Assembly: GCA_963675665.1 (NCBI GenBank)
Contig: OY776510.1
Span: 3,424,001 to 3,488,000 of the forward strand
Source of the DNA: Spirochaetia bacterium
GTDB taxonomy: Bacteria; Spirochaetota; Spirochaetia; UBA9216
Length of the DNA stretch: 64,000 nt
Direction: 5' to 3'
The translations under genes and the position numbers were made by a program. Below, piece after piece: positions 28,927 through 39,334 of the stretch; within the stretch, counting starts at the first letter, position 1, and each line of letters starts with the position of its first letter. Below the pieces are notes generated by a model, which was not told where the DNA came from, did not search any database, and saw only the letters and a list, made by a program, of their open reading frames with translations.

Positions 28927-30354
28927 ATGGAAGACAAGAGTATATTCAGAAATATTTCACCGCTCGATCACCGATATTATTTATCAAATCGACAGATTTT
29001 CGATTCATTAGCTGACTACATCAGTGAAGAAGCAAGCATTATGTATTGCATCAAGGCGGAAGCTGCGCTGCTTAAAAGTCATATGAGCCTGTACGGCGAA
29101 AAATATGCAGAGTTTTCCAGTATTGTTGATACGCTGGCTGACTCAATAAAACCTGAAGAAGTTTATGAGGAAGAAGAAAAGACCCAGCATAATATCAGGG
29201 CCCTTGTCAATGTGATGAAGAACAAGGTGCCGGATGAACTAAAACCTTTTATTCATCTTGGAGCAACATCAGTAGATATTCTTGATACTGCATCGTCAAT
29301 GAAGTACCGGGATGCAGTCAGAAAGGTGATTCTGCCGCAGCTTATAAAACTGGAAAAGCAGCTTGCCGAAATCGCTTCAAATGAGGCCTGTACCCCGCAG
29401 GTAGGAAGAACCCACGGGCAGCATGCAGTTCCAATTACCCTCGGCTTTGCTTTGTCGGAATATGTATCCAGACTCGGTAAATCAATTGTTGAAATAGAAA
29501 GGCTCTCGAAGGAACTGAGAGGAAAACTGGCAGGCGCTGTAGGATCATACAATTCAACCAGCATGATAGTCAGCGATCCTTTTGATCTTGAAGAACGATA
29601 TCTTGATTTTCTCGGTTTGAAAGCCTCCGAACATTCAACCCAGATGGTGGAACCGGAATATCTGTTGAGACTTCTTACCGAGATAAATACCGCTTTCGGA
29701 ATAATTGCAAATCTTGCCGATGACCTGAGAAACCTGCAGCGTTCGGAGATATCGGAGCTGAGGGAAATGTTTACGGCCACCCAGGTTGGGTCATCAACAA
29801 TGCCGCAGAAAAGAAATCCGTGGAATTCCGAACATGTTAAAAGCCTGTGGAAGGCGTTCAGTCCCCGCGTGATTACATTTTTCATGGACCAGATCTCGGA
29901 ACACCAGAGGGATCTGTCAAATTCTGCATCAACCCGGTTTATTGCTGATTACCTTGCAGGATTCACTGCGGCAGTTGCCCGTATGATAAAAATTACTGCA
30001 ACACTTTATGTCGACAGGGAAAGACTTTCAGCAAATCTGAATTTCACCGGGGACCTTGTATTAGCTGAAGCTGCATACATTCTTCTGTCATGCGCAGGAG
30101 AACCGGACGCCCATGAGGTTATCCGGAAAGTAACGCTAGAGTGTGAGAAAAATAAAACTACTCTGGCTGTTGAACTGCCGAAAAAACCGGAAACATGGAA
30201 AAAAATCTCTACGCAGCTGAAGACTGTTACTGGTCAGGATGCTTCAGATTTCTTTTCAAAGCCGGAGATGTACCGGGGCAAATCAGCTGAAAAGGCTGAG
30301 GCCATATCAGCAAAATATAAGGAAACAATGAAAAAACTTGAGGAGAGCCTTTAA
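28927..30354 (+). CDS. purB: Adenylosuccinate lyase
   Basis: ISPLDHRY, HLGATSVD, GRTHGQHA, GSSTMPQKRNP signature. Confidence 0.95.
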   Translation: MEDKSIFRNISPLDHRYYLSNRQIFDSLADYISEEASIMYCIKAEAALLKSHMSLYGEKYAEFSSIVDTLADSIKPEEVYEEEEKTQHNIRALVNVMKNKVPDELKPFIHLGATSVDILDTASSMKYRDAVRKVILPQLIKLEKQLAEIASNEACTPQVGRTHGQHAVPITLGFALSEYVSRLGKSIVEIERLSKELRGKLAGAVGSYNSTSMIVSDPFDLEERYLDFLGLKASEHSTQMVEPEYLLRLLTEINTAFGIIANLADDLRNLQRSEISELREMFTATQVGSSTMPQKRNPWNSEHVKSLWKAFSPRVITFFMDQISEHQRDLSNSASTRFIADYLAGFTAAVARMIKITATLYVDRERLSANLNFTGDLVLAEAAYILLSCAGEPDAHEVIRKVTLECEKNKTTLAVELPKKPETWKKISTQLKTVTGQDASDFFSKPEMYRGKSAEKAEAISAKYKETMKKLEESL

Positions 30355-31793
30355 TGAATATAAAAGAATCACTCAGTTACGACGACGTTCTGCTAGTTCC
30401 GGGATATTCTGATGTTCTGCCGCATACCGCCGATGTCCGAACCAGGCTTGTAAAAGACATTTACCTGAATTCTCCGATTATTTCAGCGGCAATGGATACC
30501 GTAACGGAGGAAGAGCTTGCAATAGCGCTGGCGCTTGAAGGAGGAGCCGGAGTTATTCACAGGAATTTAAGCCCGAAAGAGCAGGCCTCTCAGGTGGCCT
30601 CTGTAAAGCGTTTTCTTAACTGGATAATAGAGAAACCCGTCACAGTGCTTGAAGACACGCTGATAGGCGATGTGAGACGGCTGAGAGAAGAATACGGGGT
30701 GTCAGGCTTTCCCGTAACAAATACCGAAGGAATTCTGACGGGTATAATTACCGGAAGAGACCTCAGATTTCTGGAAGACGACAACCTTCATGTAAAAGAT
30801 GTAATGACTCCGAATCCGGTTATTGCAGAAGGGGTGCCGACCCCGGAAAGCGCCAGAATAAAATTTAATAAACACAAGATAGAAAAACTGCCAGTAATAG
30901 ACAAAGACGGAAAAATAACAGGATTAATTACCGTAAAGGATATGGAAAAGCATGGAGATCACCCTGAGGCGGCAACTGATTCATCAGGAAGACTTATAGT
31001 GGGCGCAGCAATTTCCCCGCAGGATTATGACCGAAGGCTTCCGCTTCTTGTGGAGAGCAAGGTTGATTTTGTAGTGCTTGATACCGCCCATGGCGACGCA
31101 AAAAGCGTCAGCGACGCGATAAGCGATATTAAACGCAAATACAGTGTCCCGGTTGTGGGCGGAAATGCAGCTACCGCAGAGGCTACAAGACGTCTTATAG
31201 ATGCAGGCTCCGATGCGGTTAAAGTAGGCGTCGGTCCGGGGTCAATCTGTACTACAAGAATTGTAGCCGGAATCGGAGTCCCTCAGTTTTCAGCCGTTTC
31301 ATGGTGCGCGGAAGAAGCAGAAAAAGACAATATCCCGGTGATTGCCGACGGCGGCATAAAGTTTTCGGGTGATATTCCGAAAGCAATAGCTGCAGGGGCA
31401 TCGTCTATAATGGTCGGCAATCTTTTTGCAGGGTTAAAGGAAGCTCCCGGCAGCGAAATAATATTTGAAGGCAGAATCTTCAAACAGTACAGGGGAATGG
31501 GCTCGATCGGGGCAATCAAGGAAGGCAGCGGAGATCGCTACCAGATGAAGAAAGGTGATACTCCGGTACCGGAAGGAATCGAGGGGCGTGTGCCGTATAA
31601 GGGCGAGCTCAGGGCTTTTCATCATCAGCTGATAACCGGTCTGAAAAAAGGGATGACCTATTGCGGTTGTTCGAACATAGAAGAATTGCGTAAATATCAG
31701 AATTTTGTTAAGATTTCGCCGGCCGGTTTAAGAGAGAGTCATGCTCACGATATCATGATTACTCAGGAAGCGCCAAACTACTCGAAAAACTAA
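30354..31793 (+). CDS. guaB: IMP dehydrogenase
   Basis: [12 protein letters not shown] pair, [26 protein letters not shown]. Confidence 0.97.
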   Translation: MNIKESLSYDDVLLVPGYSDVLPHTADVRTRLVKDIYLNSPIISAAMDTVTEEELAIALALEGGAGVIHRNLSPKEQASQVASVKRFLNWIIEKPVTVLEDTLIGDVRRLREEYGVSGFPVTNTEGILTGIITGRDLRFLEDDNLHVKDVMTPNPVIAEGVPTPESARIKFNKHKIEKLPVIDKDGKITGLITVKDMEKHGDHPEAATDSSGRLIVGAAISPQDYDRRLPLLVESKVDFVVLDTAHGDAKSVSDAISDIKRKYSVPVVGGNAATAEATRRLIDAGSDAVKVGVGPGSICTTRIVAGIGVPQFSAVSWCAEEAEKDNIPVIADGGIKFSGDIPKAIAAGASSIMVGNLFAGLKEAPGSEIIFEGRIFKQYRGMGSIGAIKEGSGDRYQMKKGDTPVPEGIEGRVPYKGELRAFHHQLITGLKKGMTYCGCSNIEELRKYQNFVKISPAGLRESHAHDIMITQEAPNYSKN

Positions 31794-31803
31794 GAGGTAT
31801 TTT

Positions 31804-33027
31804 ATGAATCTTGTTGTTGTCGGAGCTCAATGGGGAGACGAAGGCAAAGGAAAAATTGTTGATTATCTTGCTGAAGAATCTGATCTTATCGTAAGATTTT
31901 CGGGCGGCGCGAATGCCGGCCATACAATCGTTGCCGGAGATGTTACTTACAAGCTTCATCTCGTTCCGTCAGGTATTATTTACGACGACAAAAAGGTTGT
32001 CCTCGGCACAGGAATGGTTATAGATCCGGAAGCTCTTTTTAACGAGCTTGCAACAATTGAGAAACAGGGAATTAACTGGGAAAACAGAATATACATTTCC
32101 GACAGGGCGCATCTTGTTCTTCCGCGATACCGCGAAGAAGACATAGAACTTGATAAAAATCGATCCAATCCAATCGGTACCACAGGACGCGGCATTGGAG
32201 TTACATATGCGCATAAGGCTCATCGCGACGGAATAAGGGTAGGCGACCTTTACAATGAAAAACTGTATGCCGGCCTATCCGGCGACGACCGTGAATATCT
32301 GGATCAGTACAAAGACAGAATGAAGGATATGGTTCTGGATCTATGTACTTTCATGGCTGAAAACAAAGGGAAACGAACGCTGTTTGAAGGAGCGCAGGGA
32401 GTGCTTCTTGATCTTGATGTCGGAACTTATCCGTATGTCTCATCCGGATATTCCCAGGCTGCCGGGGCAGCGATGGGCGGGGGCATAGGACCAAGAAATA
32501 TCGACGGCGTTCTCGGAGTTTTCAAGGCATATTCTACAAGGGTTGGAAATGGTCCGTTTCCTTCCGAGTTTCAGGACAACAGGGACGGCCAGCTTGAGAA
32601 TTATATACGGGAAACAGGCCGGGAATACGGTGTTACGACCGGAAGGCCCAGAAGATGCGGCTACCTTGATTTGCCCGCGCTTAAATATGCCTGCAGGGTA
32701 AATTCCCTGGATTCTCTTGTTCTTACGCACCTCGATGTCTATGACGAAATAAGCGAACTGAAAGCGTGTATAGCCTATGAATGCGACGGCGAACTTGTTG
32801 AAAATTTTCCAGCCGATATTTCAGTTCTTGAAAATTCGGTTCCGGTAACAAAATCTTTTAAAGGCTGGAATAAAAGCCTTAAAGATATAAGAAACTATGA
32901 AGACCTTCCGGCAGAAGCCAAAGAATATATAAAATTTATAGAAGATTACACTGAAACCCCGGTTGATATTGTTTCGATCGGATACAGACGCGAAGAAACC
33001 ATCCTTCGAAAAGATTTCTGGAAATAG
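31804..33027 (+). CDS. purA: Adenylosuccinate synthetase
   Basis: QWGDEGKGK, GANAGHT, IGTTGRGIG, EGAQG, GVTTGRPRRCG. Confidence 0.97.
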   Translation: MNLVVVGAQWGDEGKGKIVDYLAEESDLIVRFSGGANAGHTIVAGDVTYKLHLVPSGIIYDDKKVVLGTGMVIDPEALFNELATIEKQGINWENRIYISDRAHLVLPRYREEDIELDKNRSNPIGTTGRGIGVTYAHKAHRDGIRVGDLYNEKLYAGLSGDDREYLDQYKDRMKDMVLDLCTFMAENKGKRTLFEGAQGVLLDLDVGTYPYVSSGYSQAAGAAMGGGIGPRNIDGVLGVFKAYSTRVGNGPFPSEFQDNRDGQLENYIRETGREYGVTTGRPRRCGYLDLPALKYACRVNSLDSLVLTHLDVYDEISELKACIAYECDGELVENFPADISVLENSVPVTKSFKGWNKSLKDIRNYEDLPAEAKEYIKFIEDYTETPVDIVSIGYRREETILRKDFWK

Positions 33028-33049
33028 ACAGTGCAGACAGGGAGCAGAA

Positions 33050-34597
33050 ATGGATAAAATCCTCGTATTTGATTTCGGAAGCCAGACGACCCAGCTCATA
33101 GCAAGAAGAATTCGTGATTTTGGTGTATATACCGACATCGTTACCGCAGAAACCGAATGTACTGAAGAGCTTCTAAAGGACGTCAAGGGGATTATTCTTT
33201 CAGGTTCGCCGTATTCGGTGTATGAGAAAGGCGCTCCGACGCCTCATCATTCCATATACGAAACAGGACTGCCTGCTTTAGGTATATGTTACGGTTTTCA
33301 GAGAATGACAGCGGATTTCGGCGGTGAGGTCAAGGCCCTTGAAAAAACAGAATACGGGCGTTCAAATATAAATTACACGATGGAGCTGCCGCTTTTTAAA
33401 GGAATTCCTGATGGTTTTACATCTTGGATGAGTCACGGCGACAGTATAAACAGGCTGGGCAACGGATTCTCCCTTGCTGCAGAATCACAGCATCATATTG
33501 CCTGCGCATACAATTCAGAGAAAAATCTGTACGGTATACAGTTTCATCCCGAAGTAACGCATTGTGAGCACGGAAATGACATACTCAAAAATTTTGCAAT
33601 TGAAATTTGCGGGGCTGAAACAGGCTGGGATATGGCTGCCTATCTGAAACAGGAAAGCGAAGCTGTAAGAAAACAGGCCGACGGTCGTGATGTCCTTCTG
33701 CTTATTTCGGGCGGGGTTGATTCCACTGTTGTCGGCGGACTTCTTCTTAAATCGATTGAGCCTTCCAGGGTGCATCTAATGTACATAGACACCGGCCTTA
33801 TGCGCAAAAACGAATCTATAGAAGTTGAGACGGGTTTAAAAAAACTCGGAGCAGAGAATCTCTATTTAATTGATGCCTCGGAACGTTTTCTTGCCGCACT
33901 GAAGGGCATTAGCGAACCGGAAAAAAAGCGGGAAATAATAGGTGACCTTTTTATAAAAGTACAGGAAGACGAGATAAAAAAACGTCTCAAAGGCGATTAC
34001 ATGCTTGCCCAGGGCACGTTGTATACCGATCTTATCGAATCAGGCAAGGGCGTAGGGAAAAAAGCGCAGGTTATAAAATCACACCACAACGTGCGTTCGC
34101 CGCTTGTAGAGGCAAAACGAGATAAAGGATTGATTATTGAACCTTTGGGAAAACTTTACAAAGATGAAGTCCGCGAACTAGGACGCAGAATAGGGATAAG
34201 CGATGAAATTATCAGGCGCCACCCGTTCCCGGGGCCGGGGCTTGCCGTCCGGATTCTCGGAGACATAACCGATGAAAAATGCGAAATACTCCGTGAAGCA
34301 GACTGGATTTTCATCAACGAGCTAAAATCCCGCGGTCTTTACGACAAAATCTGGCAGGCGTTCTGTGTTCTGCTTCCGATACGATCAGTCGGTGTCGCCG
34401 GTGATCTGCGGGAATACGGATATGTTCTTGCCCTAAGGGCAATTACATCAAGTGACGGAATGACAGCCGATGTTTATCCGTTTGAGACCAGGGACATACT
34501 CGAGATATCATCGCTGATAACGAATTCTGTCCGCGGAATCGGAAGGGTTGTATATGACGTTTCTTCAAAACCGCCGGCAACCATCGAATGGGAGTAA
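33050..34597 (+). CDS. guaA: GMP synthase (glutamine-hydrolysing)
   Basis: DFGSQ, GICYG, QFHPEV, SGGVDS, KSHHNV, HPFPGPGL, KPPATIEWE; GGAG SD before ATG 33050. Confidence 0.97.
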   Translation: MDKILVFDFGSQTTQLIARRIRDFGVYTDIVTAETECTEELLKDVKGIILSGSPYSVYEKGAPTPHHSIYETGLPALGICYGFQRMTADFGGEVKALEKTEYGRSNINYTMELPLFKGIPDGFTSWMSHGDSINRLGNGFSLAAESQHHIACAYNSEKNLYGIQFHPEVTHCEHGNDILKNFAIEICGAETGWDMAAYLKQESEAVRKQADGRDVLLLISGGVDSTVVGGLLLKSIEPSRVHLMYIDTGLMRKNESIEVETGLKKLGAENLYLIDASERFLAALKGISEPEKKREIIGDLFIKVQEDEIKKRLKGDYMLAQGTLYTDLIESGKGVGKKAQVIKSHHNVRSPLVEAKRDKGLIIEPLGKLYKDEVRELGRRIGISDEIIRRHPFPGPGLAVRILGDITDEKCEILREADWIFINELKSRGLYDKIWQAFCVLLPIRSVGVAGDLREYGYVLALRAITSSDGMTADVYPFETRDILEISSLITNSVRGIGRVVYDVSSKPPATIEWE

Positions 34598-34601
34598 ATA
34601 T

Positions 34602-35261
34602 TCAGCTTAATAAAAGATCTGCAAGTTCGTGAACACCGGTGAAATAGTAATCACAGTGTTCACGCATATGGGCTTCTATCTCGGGAATGCTGTGTCCCCA
34701 GCCTGCGCCAGCAATACTGATCCCTGATTTTTTTGCCATTTCAAGGCCGGGTTTAAGATCATCAACCAGTAGAATCTCTTCTGTTGCCAGATTATATTTG
34801 CTTTTAATTTGTTCAACCGGCCATACAGAAGGTTTTCTTTTTTCAGGATCATAATCCCATCCGAAGATAATATCCGGGTGTACCCCGGATCCGTTAACTT
34901 TATAATGACGGCTTATAACATCGGCCTCGGAGTGGGATACAACAGCAACAATGCCGTTTTTTCTTTGAAATTCCGATATCAGTTCAGTGATGCCTGAAAA
35001 AAAATTGGGATTGGAGGTTTCATTAAATTCACGCCAGATTTTATATTCCTGCTGAATTTCATCCTCAGTGAATTTAAGTTCTCCTGTGAAAAATTCCATA
35101 ACGCCCGGATCGAAGTTTTTTCTGAACCAGGTGTCAAGGCTGACTGGTTCGCTGTCGGGGCGCATTTGTCTGATTGTTTCAACATGTGCCGGATAGTGAA
35201 TTTCTGCAGTGCTGTTTACGCTTGTATCGTCGTGATCCAGAATAAGACATTTAAACTTCAT
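34602..35261 (-). CDS. HAD-superfamily hydrolase
   Basis: LDHDDT motif I, VVS motif II, RKP, VDDLKPG motif IV. Confidence 0.8.
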   Translation of the reverse strand: MKFKCLILDHDDTSVNSTAEIHYPAHVETIRQMRPDSEPVSLDTWFRKNFDPGVMEFFTGELKFTEDEIQQEYKIWREFNETSNPNFFSGITELISEFQRKNGIVAVVSHSEADVISRHYKVNGSGVHPDIIFGWDYDPEKRKPSVWPVEQIKSKYNLATEEILLVDDLKPGLEMAKKSGISIAGAGWGHSIPEIEAHMREHCDYYFTGVHELADLLLS

Positions 35262-35318
35262 AGCGTCTGTTTTAACATACTATTTGAAGTAAAATCAATA
35301 AGTTGTTATATTATGGCA

Positions 35319-35888
35319 ATGATTATCAGGTCGTTATGTGTTTTCTGCGGGTCAAGCTTTGGTACAGAGACGGTTTACGGGGAGAAAACAAGGGAATTCG
35401 GAAAATATCTGGCTGAAAGAAAGATAACCTTGATATACGGAGGCGGTGCTGCAGGCCTGATGGGCGTTCTTGCTGAGGCTGTACTTGATAACGGGGGCAG
35501 CGTGATTGGGATTATACCCGAAATGATTTATAAAAAGGTAGAACATCTGCCCCTAACTGAAACAATTATTACCGAAGACATGCATTCGAGAAAGAGAATG
35601 ATGTATGACAAATCAGACGCCTTTACAGCGCTTCCCGGCGGCATCGGAACCATTGAGGAAATAAGCGAGATTTATACATGGCAGCAGCTGGGTTATCACC
35701 GAAAAGCCGTGTCCTTGTATAATATAAACAATTTTTATTACAAATTTGCTGAATTCCTCGACAGCGCATGTGATATGGGCTTTATAAAAGAAATTCACCG
35801 AAACCGGCTTATTATTGAGCAGGATGCAGAAAAGCTGATTGAGAAAATCGAGAATTACAGTGAAGAAACAGTTGATAAATGGAGTTGA
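35319..35888 (+). CDS. LOG family (TIGR00730) nucleotide phosphoribohydrolase
   Basis: CVFCGS, YGG...GLMG, MHSRK, PGGIGTIEE. Confidence 0.9.
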   Translation: MIIRSLCVFCGSSFGTETVYGEKTREFGKYLAERKITLIYGGGAAGLMGVLAEAVLDNGGSVIGIIPEMIYKKVEHLPLTETIITEDMHSRKRMMYDKSDAFTALPGGIGTIEEISEIYTWQQLGYHRKAVSLYNINNFYYKFAEFLDSACDMGFIKEIHRNRLIIEQDAEKLIEKIENYSEETVDKWS

Positions 35889-35898
35889 GTAAAATCAT

Positions 35899-36780
35899 AT
35901 GGATAACATGACTATTTTCCTGCTGGAAAAAGGACGGTACAGAGGGGCAATACTGGATGCAACCGTTATGGTGCAGAAAATGAGAGATTCACACAATACA
36001 GGCATACTGGAAACTTTTGCTCTCGGCGAGACCTATATTGCAGCAGGTCTTCTTACTACCATGCTGAAAGGAAATGACCGACTAGGAATTGTTTTTGAAT
36101 GCGGAGGCCCGATAAAGGGGATAAATGTAGAGGTTACAGCTGCAGGTCATGTTCGGGGGTTTCTTAAAAACAATCCGTTTCCGCTTGAAAAAATTCCGGA
36201 CAGTATGGATTTGTCAATGTTGTTCGGACCCGGATTTTTGTCAGTTATAAAATACCCGGAAGACAGCAAACAGCCTTTTAGCGGGCAGGTAATGATTCAA
36301 TACGGCAGCATAGCAAAAGATCTTGCTTATTATTATACAACTTCTGAAAACCTGCCGACTGCTTTTAATCTTAGTGTCAAATTTAACCGGGACGGCAGCC
36401 TGCTGGGCGCCGGAGGAGTTTTTATACAGAAAATGCCGGATGAAGAGTCTGCTGAGGATAATTCTGAAGCGGAAAGAATCCAGGATGCGCTGGTCGGAAT
36501 GACTTCAATAGGTTTAAGTCTTTCTGATGGTAAAACACTTCAGGAAATCATCAGCAATTCCTTCGGTGATTTTTTTCCGAATGTAATCGGCACGCGGAAT
36601 ATTGAATTTAAATGCAGCTGTAATCGTGAATTGTTCAGTAATTATCTTAACGGTCTTAAGGAAGAAGATAAAAAAGAAATATTTGAAAACGGACCGTACC
36701 CGGTTACTACAGTTTGCCATAACTGTAATACCTCTTATGAATTCAACAAGCATGAACTGAAGAAAATTTTTAATTACTGA
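35899..36780 (+). CDS. hslO: Hsp33 redox-regulated chaperone
   Basis: GPIKG, YYTTSENLPT, AGGVFIQKMP, CSC...CHNC zinc motif. Confidence 0.9.
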   Translation: MDNMTIFLLEKGRYRGAILDATVMVQKMRDSHNTGILETFALGETYIAAGLLTTMLKGNDRLGIVFECGGPIKGINVEVTAAGHVRGFLKNNPFPLEKIPDSMDLSMLFGPGFLSVIKYPEDSKQPFSGQVMIQYGSIAKDLAYYYTTSENLPTAFNLSVKFNRDGSLLGAGGVFIQKMPDEESAEDNSEAERIQDALVGMTSIGLSLSDGKTLQEIISNSFGDFFPNVIGTRNIEFKCSCNRELFSNYLNGLKEEDKKEIFENGPYPVTTVCHNCNTSYEFNKHELKKIFNY

Positions 36781-36785
36781 AAAAA

Positions 36786-36818
36786 GGGAGTAAACCTTTA
36801 ACTTGTGGGTTACTCCCC
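36786..36818. terminator. Hairpin between convergent genes
   Basis: GGGAGTAA...TTACTCCC inverted repeat preceded by an A run. Confidence 0.6.
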
Positions 36819-36826
36819 GTAATTAT

Positions 36827-37162
36827 TTACTTTTCGGTTTCGTTTTCGGAAGCATTGATCTGTTTTTTTAGTGAATTCAGTCTATTTTCAAGGTAATCTG
36901 CCTCTTCCCGAAGCATTTGATTATATTCTTCGTCTGTAACAGCGCCGGCATTTACACCGTAACCGGGATGAAAACCCTGTCTGAAGCCGCCTCTTAAAAA
37001 TCCTCTTCCTGCAAAACCTGCACCTGCCCCGAATCCGCCGCCCCTGCGTCCGAATCCGCTCCTGTTATACGAGCCCGGCATATTATTACCATTACAATAG
37101 CCGGCGCCCCTGCCTGTTCTTGGTCCCATTCCGTTCGGTCCCGTTCCGTTTCCCATTGGCAT
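36827..37162 (-). CDS. DUF5320 family protein
   Basis: MPMGNGTGPNGMGPRTGRGAGYC start, Gly/Arg-rich middle, C-terminal coiled coil. Confidence 0.85.
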   Translation of the reverse strand: MPMGNGTGPNGMGPRTGRGAGYCNGNNMPGSYNRSGFGRRGGGFGAGAGFAGRGFLRGGFRQGFHPGYGVNAGAVTDEEYNQMLREEADYLENRLNSLKKQINASENETEK

Positions 37163-37227
37163 ATGATACCTCCATGTGTATCTGTGAGGCTGATAATCGA
37201 TTTTTGGATACAGCCTCTGTTCCGTTA

Positions 37228-37566
37228 TTAAAAAGCTGTCAGCTTTCCTTCCCTATACGAGTCATAAGCTTCTTTCAAGCTCATATTCTGTGCACCTGTA
37301 AAAATTTTTAAATTTGCTTTCTGCAAAACAGCAGCGGCATTTCCGCCTGGCCCGTTTCCGGTAATTAGAACATCAGGTTCAAGATCAAAAAGTTTTTTGG
37401 CTGTCTGAGGTCCGGCGCCGTGGGCCGCATTCTGGATGTCAAGATTGTTAACCGTTTTTATTTCTTCGCTGTCTTCATCATACATGAAAAGAAAATCGGC
37501 TCTTCCGAACCTCGGGTCTATTTCGGCATCCCAGTTTTCGCCTTTTGCAGTTAATACAATTTTCAT
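37228..37566 (-). CDS. NifB/NifX family FeMo-cofactor-binding-like protein
   Basis: IDPRFGRA, HGAG, ITGNGPG. Confidence 0.85.
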   Translation of the reverse strand: MKIVLTAKGENWDAEIDPRFGRADFLFMYDEDSEEIKTVNNLDIQNAAHGAGPQTAKKLFDLEPDVLITGNGPGGNAAAVLQKANLKIFTGAQNMSLKEAYDSYREGKLTAF

Positions 37567-38453
37567 TATTTCTCCTTCGCTGATACATCTTTGACAGTTT
37601 TATCCCATGCATCATATATCAGCTTTTTAATTTCGCTGTTGTTATATTCAGCTGCCGTTTTGCCGGCAGTTATAGCTTTTGTAAAATCTTCATTGTACGG
37701 TATAAGTTCAATGATGCTGACTTTCTCTTTTGCGGCGTATTTTTTCAGTTCATCAGTAAGCTGCAAATTAAGATCAAATTTATTGATTATAAGACCCGCG
37801 CGTATTTTAAACTTTTTTATGAGTTCATGAACCCTTTTAAGATCATGTACCCCTGATTTGGTCGGTTCTGTAACCAGAAGAACGTAATCAGCTCCGGTAA
37901 GTGAGGATACTACTGGACAGCCGATACCGGGAGAACCGTCGATTATAATCATTTCAATTCCAAGTTTATCAGCCGCAGCTCTGGCATTCTTTTTTACTTT
38001 TGCAACAAGTTTGCCGGAATTGTCCGCACCGGGTCTTAATCTGGCGTGAATCATTACGGCCCCGGTTTTTATAGTCGACTCGAAAATATCGCCTACCAGG
38101 GCATCTTTCATAGATATTGCCTGCTCAGGGCATATCCGGGCGCAATATCCGCAGCCTTCGCAGTTCATTCGGTCTATCGAGAACACCTCGTTATCATTGT
38201 TAACCGCACTGAATCTGCAAATATCACCGCATTTCCCGCAGGAAATACATTTTCCGTTATCTATTTCTGCAACTAAACCGCTGTAAAAATTTTCCGATTT
38301 ATTATAGTCTGGTTCAAGCATAAGATGCATGTCGTCGGCGTCGACATCACAATCGCCTACAACAAGATTTTTACTACCTATAACCGCAAACGACGAGGTA
38401 ATTGAAGTTTTACCGGTTCCGCCTTTTCCTGAAATTACAACAACTTCCTTCAT
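37566..38453 (-). CDS. MinD/CobQ-like P-loop ATPase with 2x[4Fe-4S] insert
   Basis: SGKGGTGKT, DCDVD, CISCGKC...CEGCGYC, DGSPGIGCP, VTEPT. Confidence 0.88.
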   Translation of the reverse strand: MKEVVVISGKGGTGKTSITSSFAVIGSKNLVVGDCDVDADDMHLMLEPDYNKSENFYSGLVAEIDNGKCISCGKCGDICRFSAVNNDNEVFSIDRMNCEGCGYCARICPEQAISMKDALVGDIFESTIKTGAVMIHARLRPGADNSGKLVAKVKKNARAAADKLGIEMIIIDGSPGIGCPVVSSLTGADYVLLVTEPTKSGVHDLKRVHELIKKFKIRAGLIINKFDLNLQLTDELKKYAAKEKVSIIELIPYNEDFTKAITAGKTAAEYNNSEIKKLIYDAWDKTVKDVSAKEK

Positions 38454-39334
38454 GAATTACGGTTCTCCTGATAGTTTTTGAGATAGTCCAGTATTTTTTT
38501 CAATTCAAAACTGAACGCCGGAATAAATTCATGTATAATTTTGCCCTGTGAATAGATTTCCGCAACCTCGCGCATATTAGGTAATTTTGAAATAATGTCT
38601 ATTCCGTTTTCAAAACAGTATTTTTCTACTTCGTTGTTGCCAATCCCGTACCTGTTTATAACAACTGCAAAATTCCTTCCAATTTCCCTGACGGTATTAA
38701 CGGCTAATTTAAGATCATGCAATCCGAATGGTGTTGGCTCGGTTACAAGGATTATAAAATCGCTGTTTTTGGCAACTTCAATAACCGGGCATGATGTACC
38801 CGGGGGAGAATCCATAATTAACAGCAGGTTTTCATCATTGACAGCGTATTCTTTTTCGATAAAATCAATGCTTTGTGAAATAAGAGGAACGGCCTGTTCC
38901 TGTCCTATATCAAGTCTGCTTTCAATAAATGTAAATTTTTCAGCATCCTGAACTTTTAATTCACCCATTCGTATTTTTTTCATGGGAAGGGCGCCTTCAG
39001 GGCATAATTCGGAACATGCATAACAGCTGTGACATAATTCAGGCAAAATCATTATACTTTTGCCTATTTTTAATACGCTTCCAAAATTGCAGACTTCATC
39101 ACAAAGACCGCAAGAAGAGCATCTGTCTTTTTCCCATTCAGGAACAGATTTAAATTTTTCTTCAAATTTTACAGTTTTGCCTTTTATAAACAATCCTGAA
39201 TTTGGTTCTTCCACATCAAGGTCAGCAAGAACTATTTTTGAATACTTGTTTGTCGTAGATATATAATCGGCGAGGTTAACTGATAATGTTGTTTTACCGG
39301 TTCCGCCTTTTCCGCTTGCAACAGCAACCTTCAT
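38450..39334 (-). CDS. MinD/CobQ-like P-loop ATPase with 2x[4Fe-4S] insert (paralog)
   Basis: SGKGGTGKT, DLDVEEPN, CSSCGLC...CHSCYAC, DSPPGTSCP, VTEPTPFG. Confidence 0.88.
   Translation of the reverse strand: MKVAVASGKGGTGKTTLSVNLADYISTTNKYSKIVLADLDVEEPNSGLFIKGKTVKFEEKFKSVPEWEKDRCSSCGLCDEVCNFGSVLKIGKSIMILPELCHSCYACSELCPEGALPMKKIRMGELKVQDAEKFTFIESRLDIGQEQAVPLISQSIDFIEKEYAVNDENLLLIMDSPPGTSCPVIEVAKNSDFIILVTEPTPFGLHDLKLAVNTVREIGRNFAVVINRYGIGNNEVEKYCFENGIDIISKLPNMREVAEIYSQGKIIHEFIPAFSFELKKILDYLKNYQENRNS

Noticed and set aside
28575-28937. 120-aa minus-strand ORF and two short plus-strand ORFs in the TPR-purB gap
   Set aside because: They overlap the riboswitch, promoters and purB start, and lack an SD or recognisable motif
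29253-29885. Long antisense ORFs (also 19464-20009, 21334-21828, 49155-49805)
   Set aside because: Shadow frames opposite well-conserved genes
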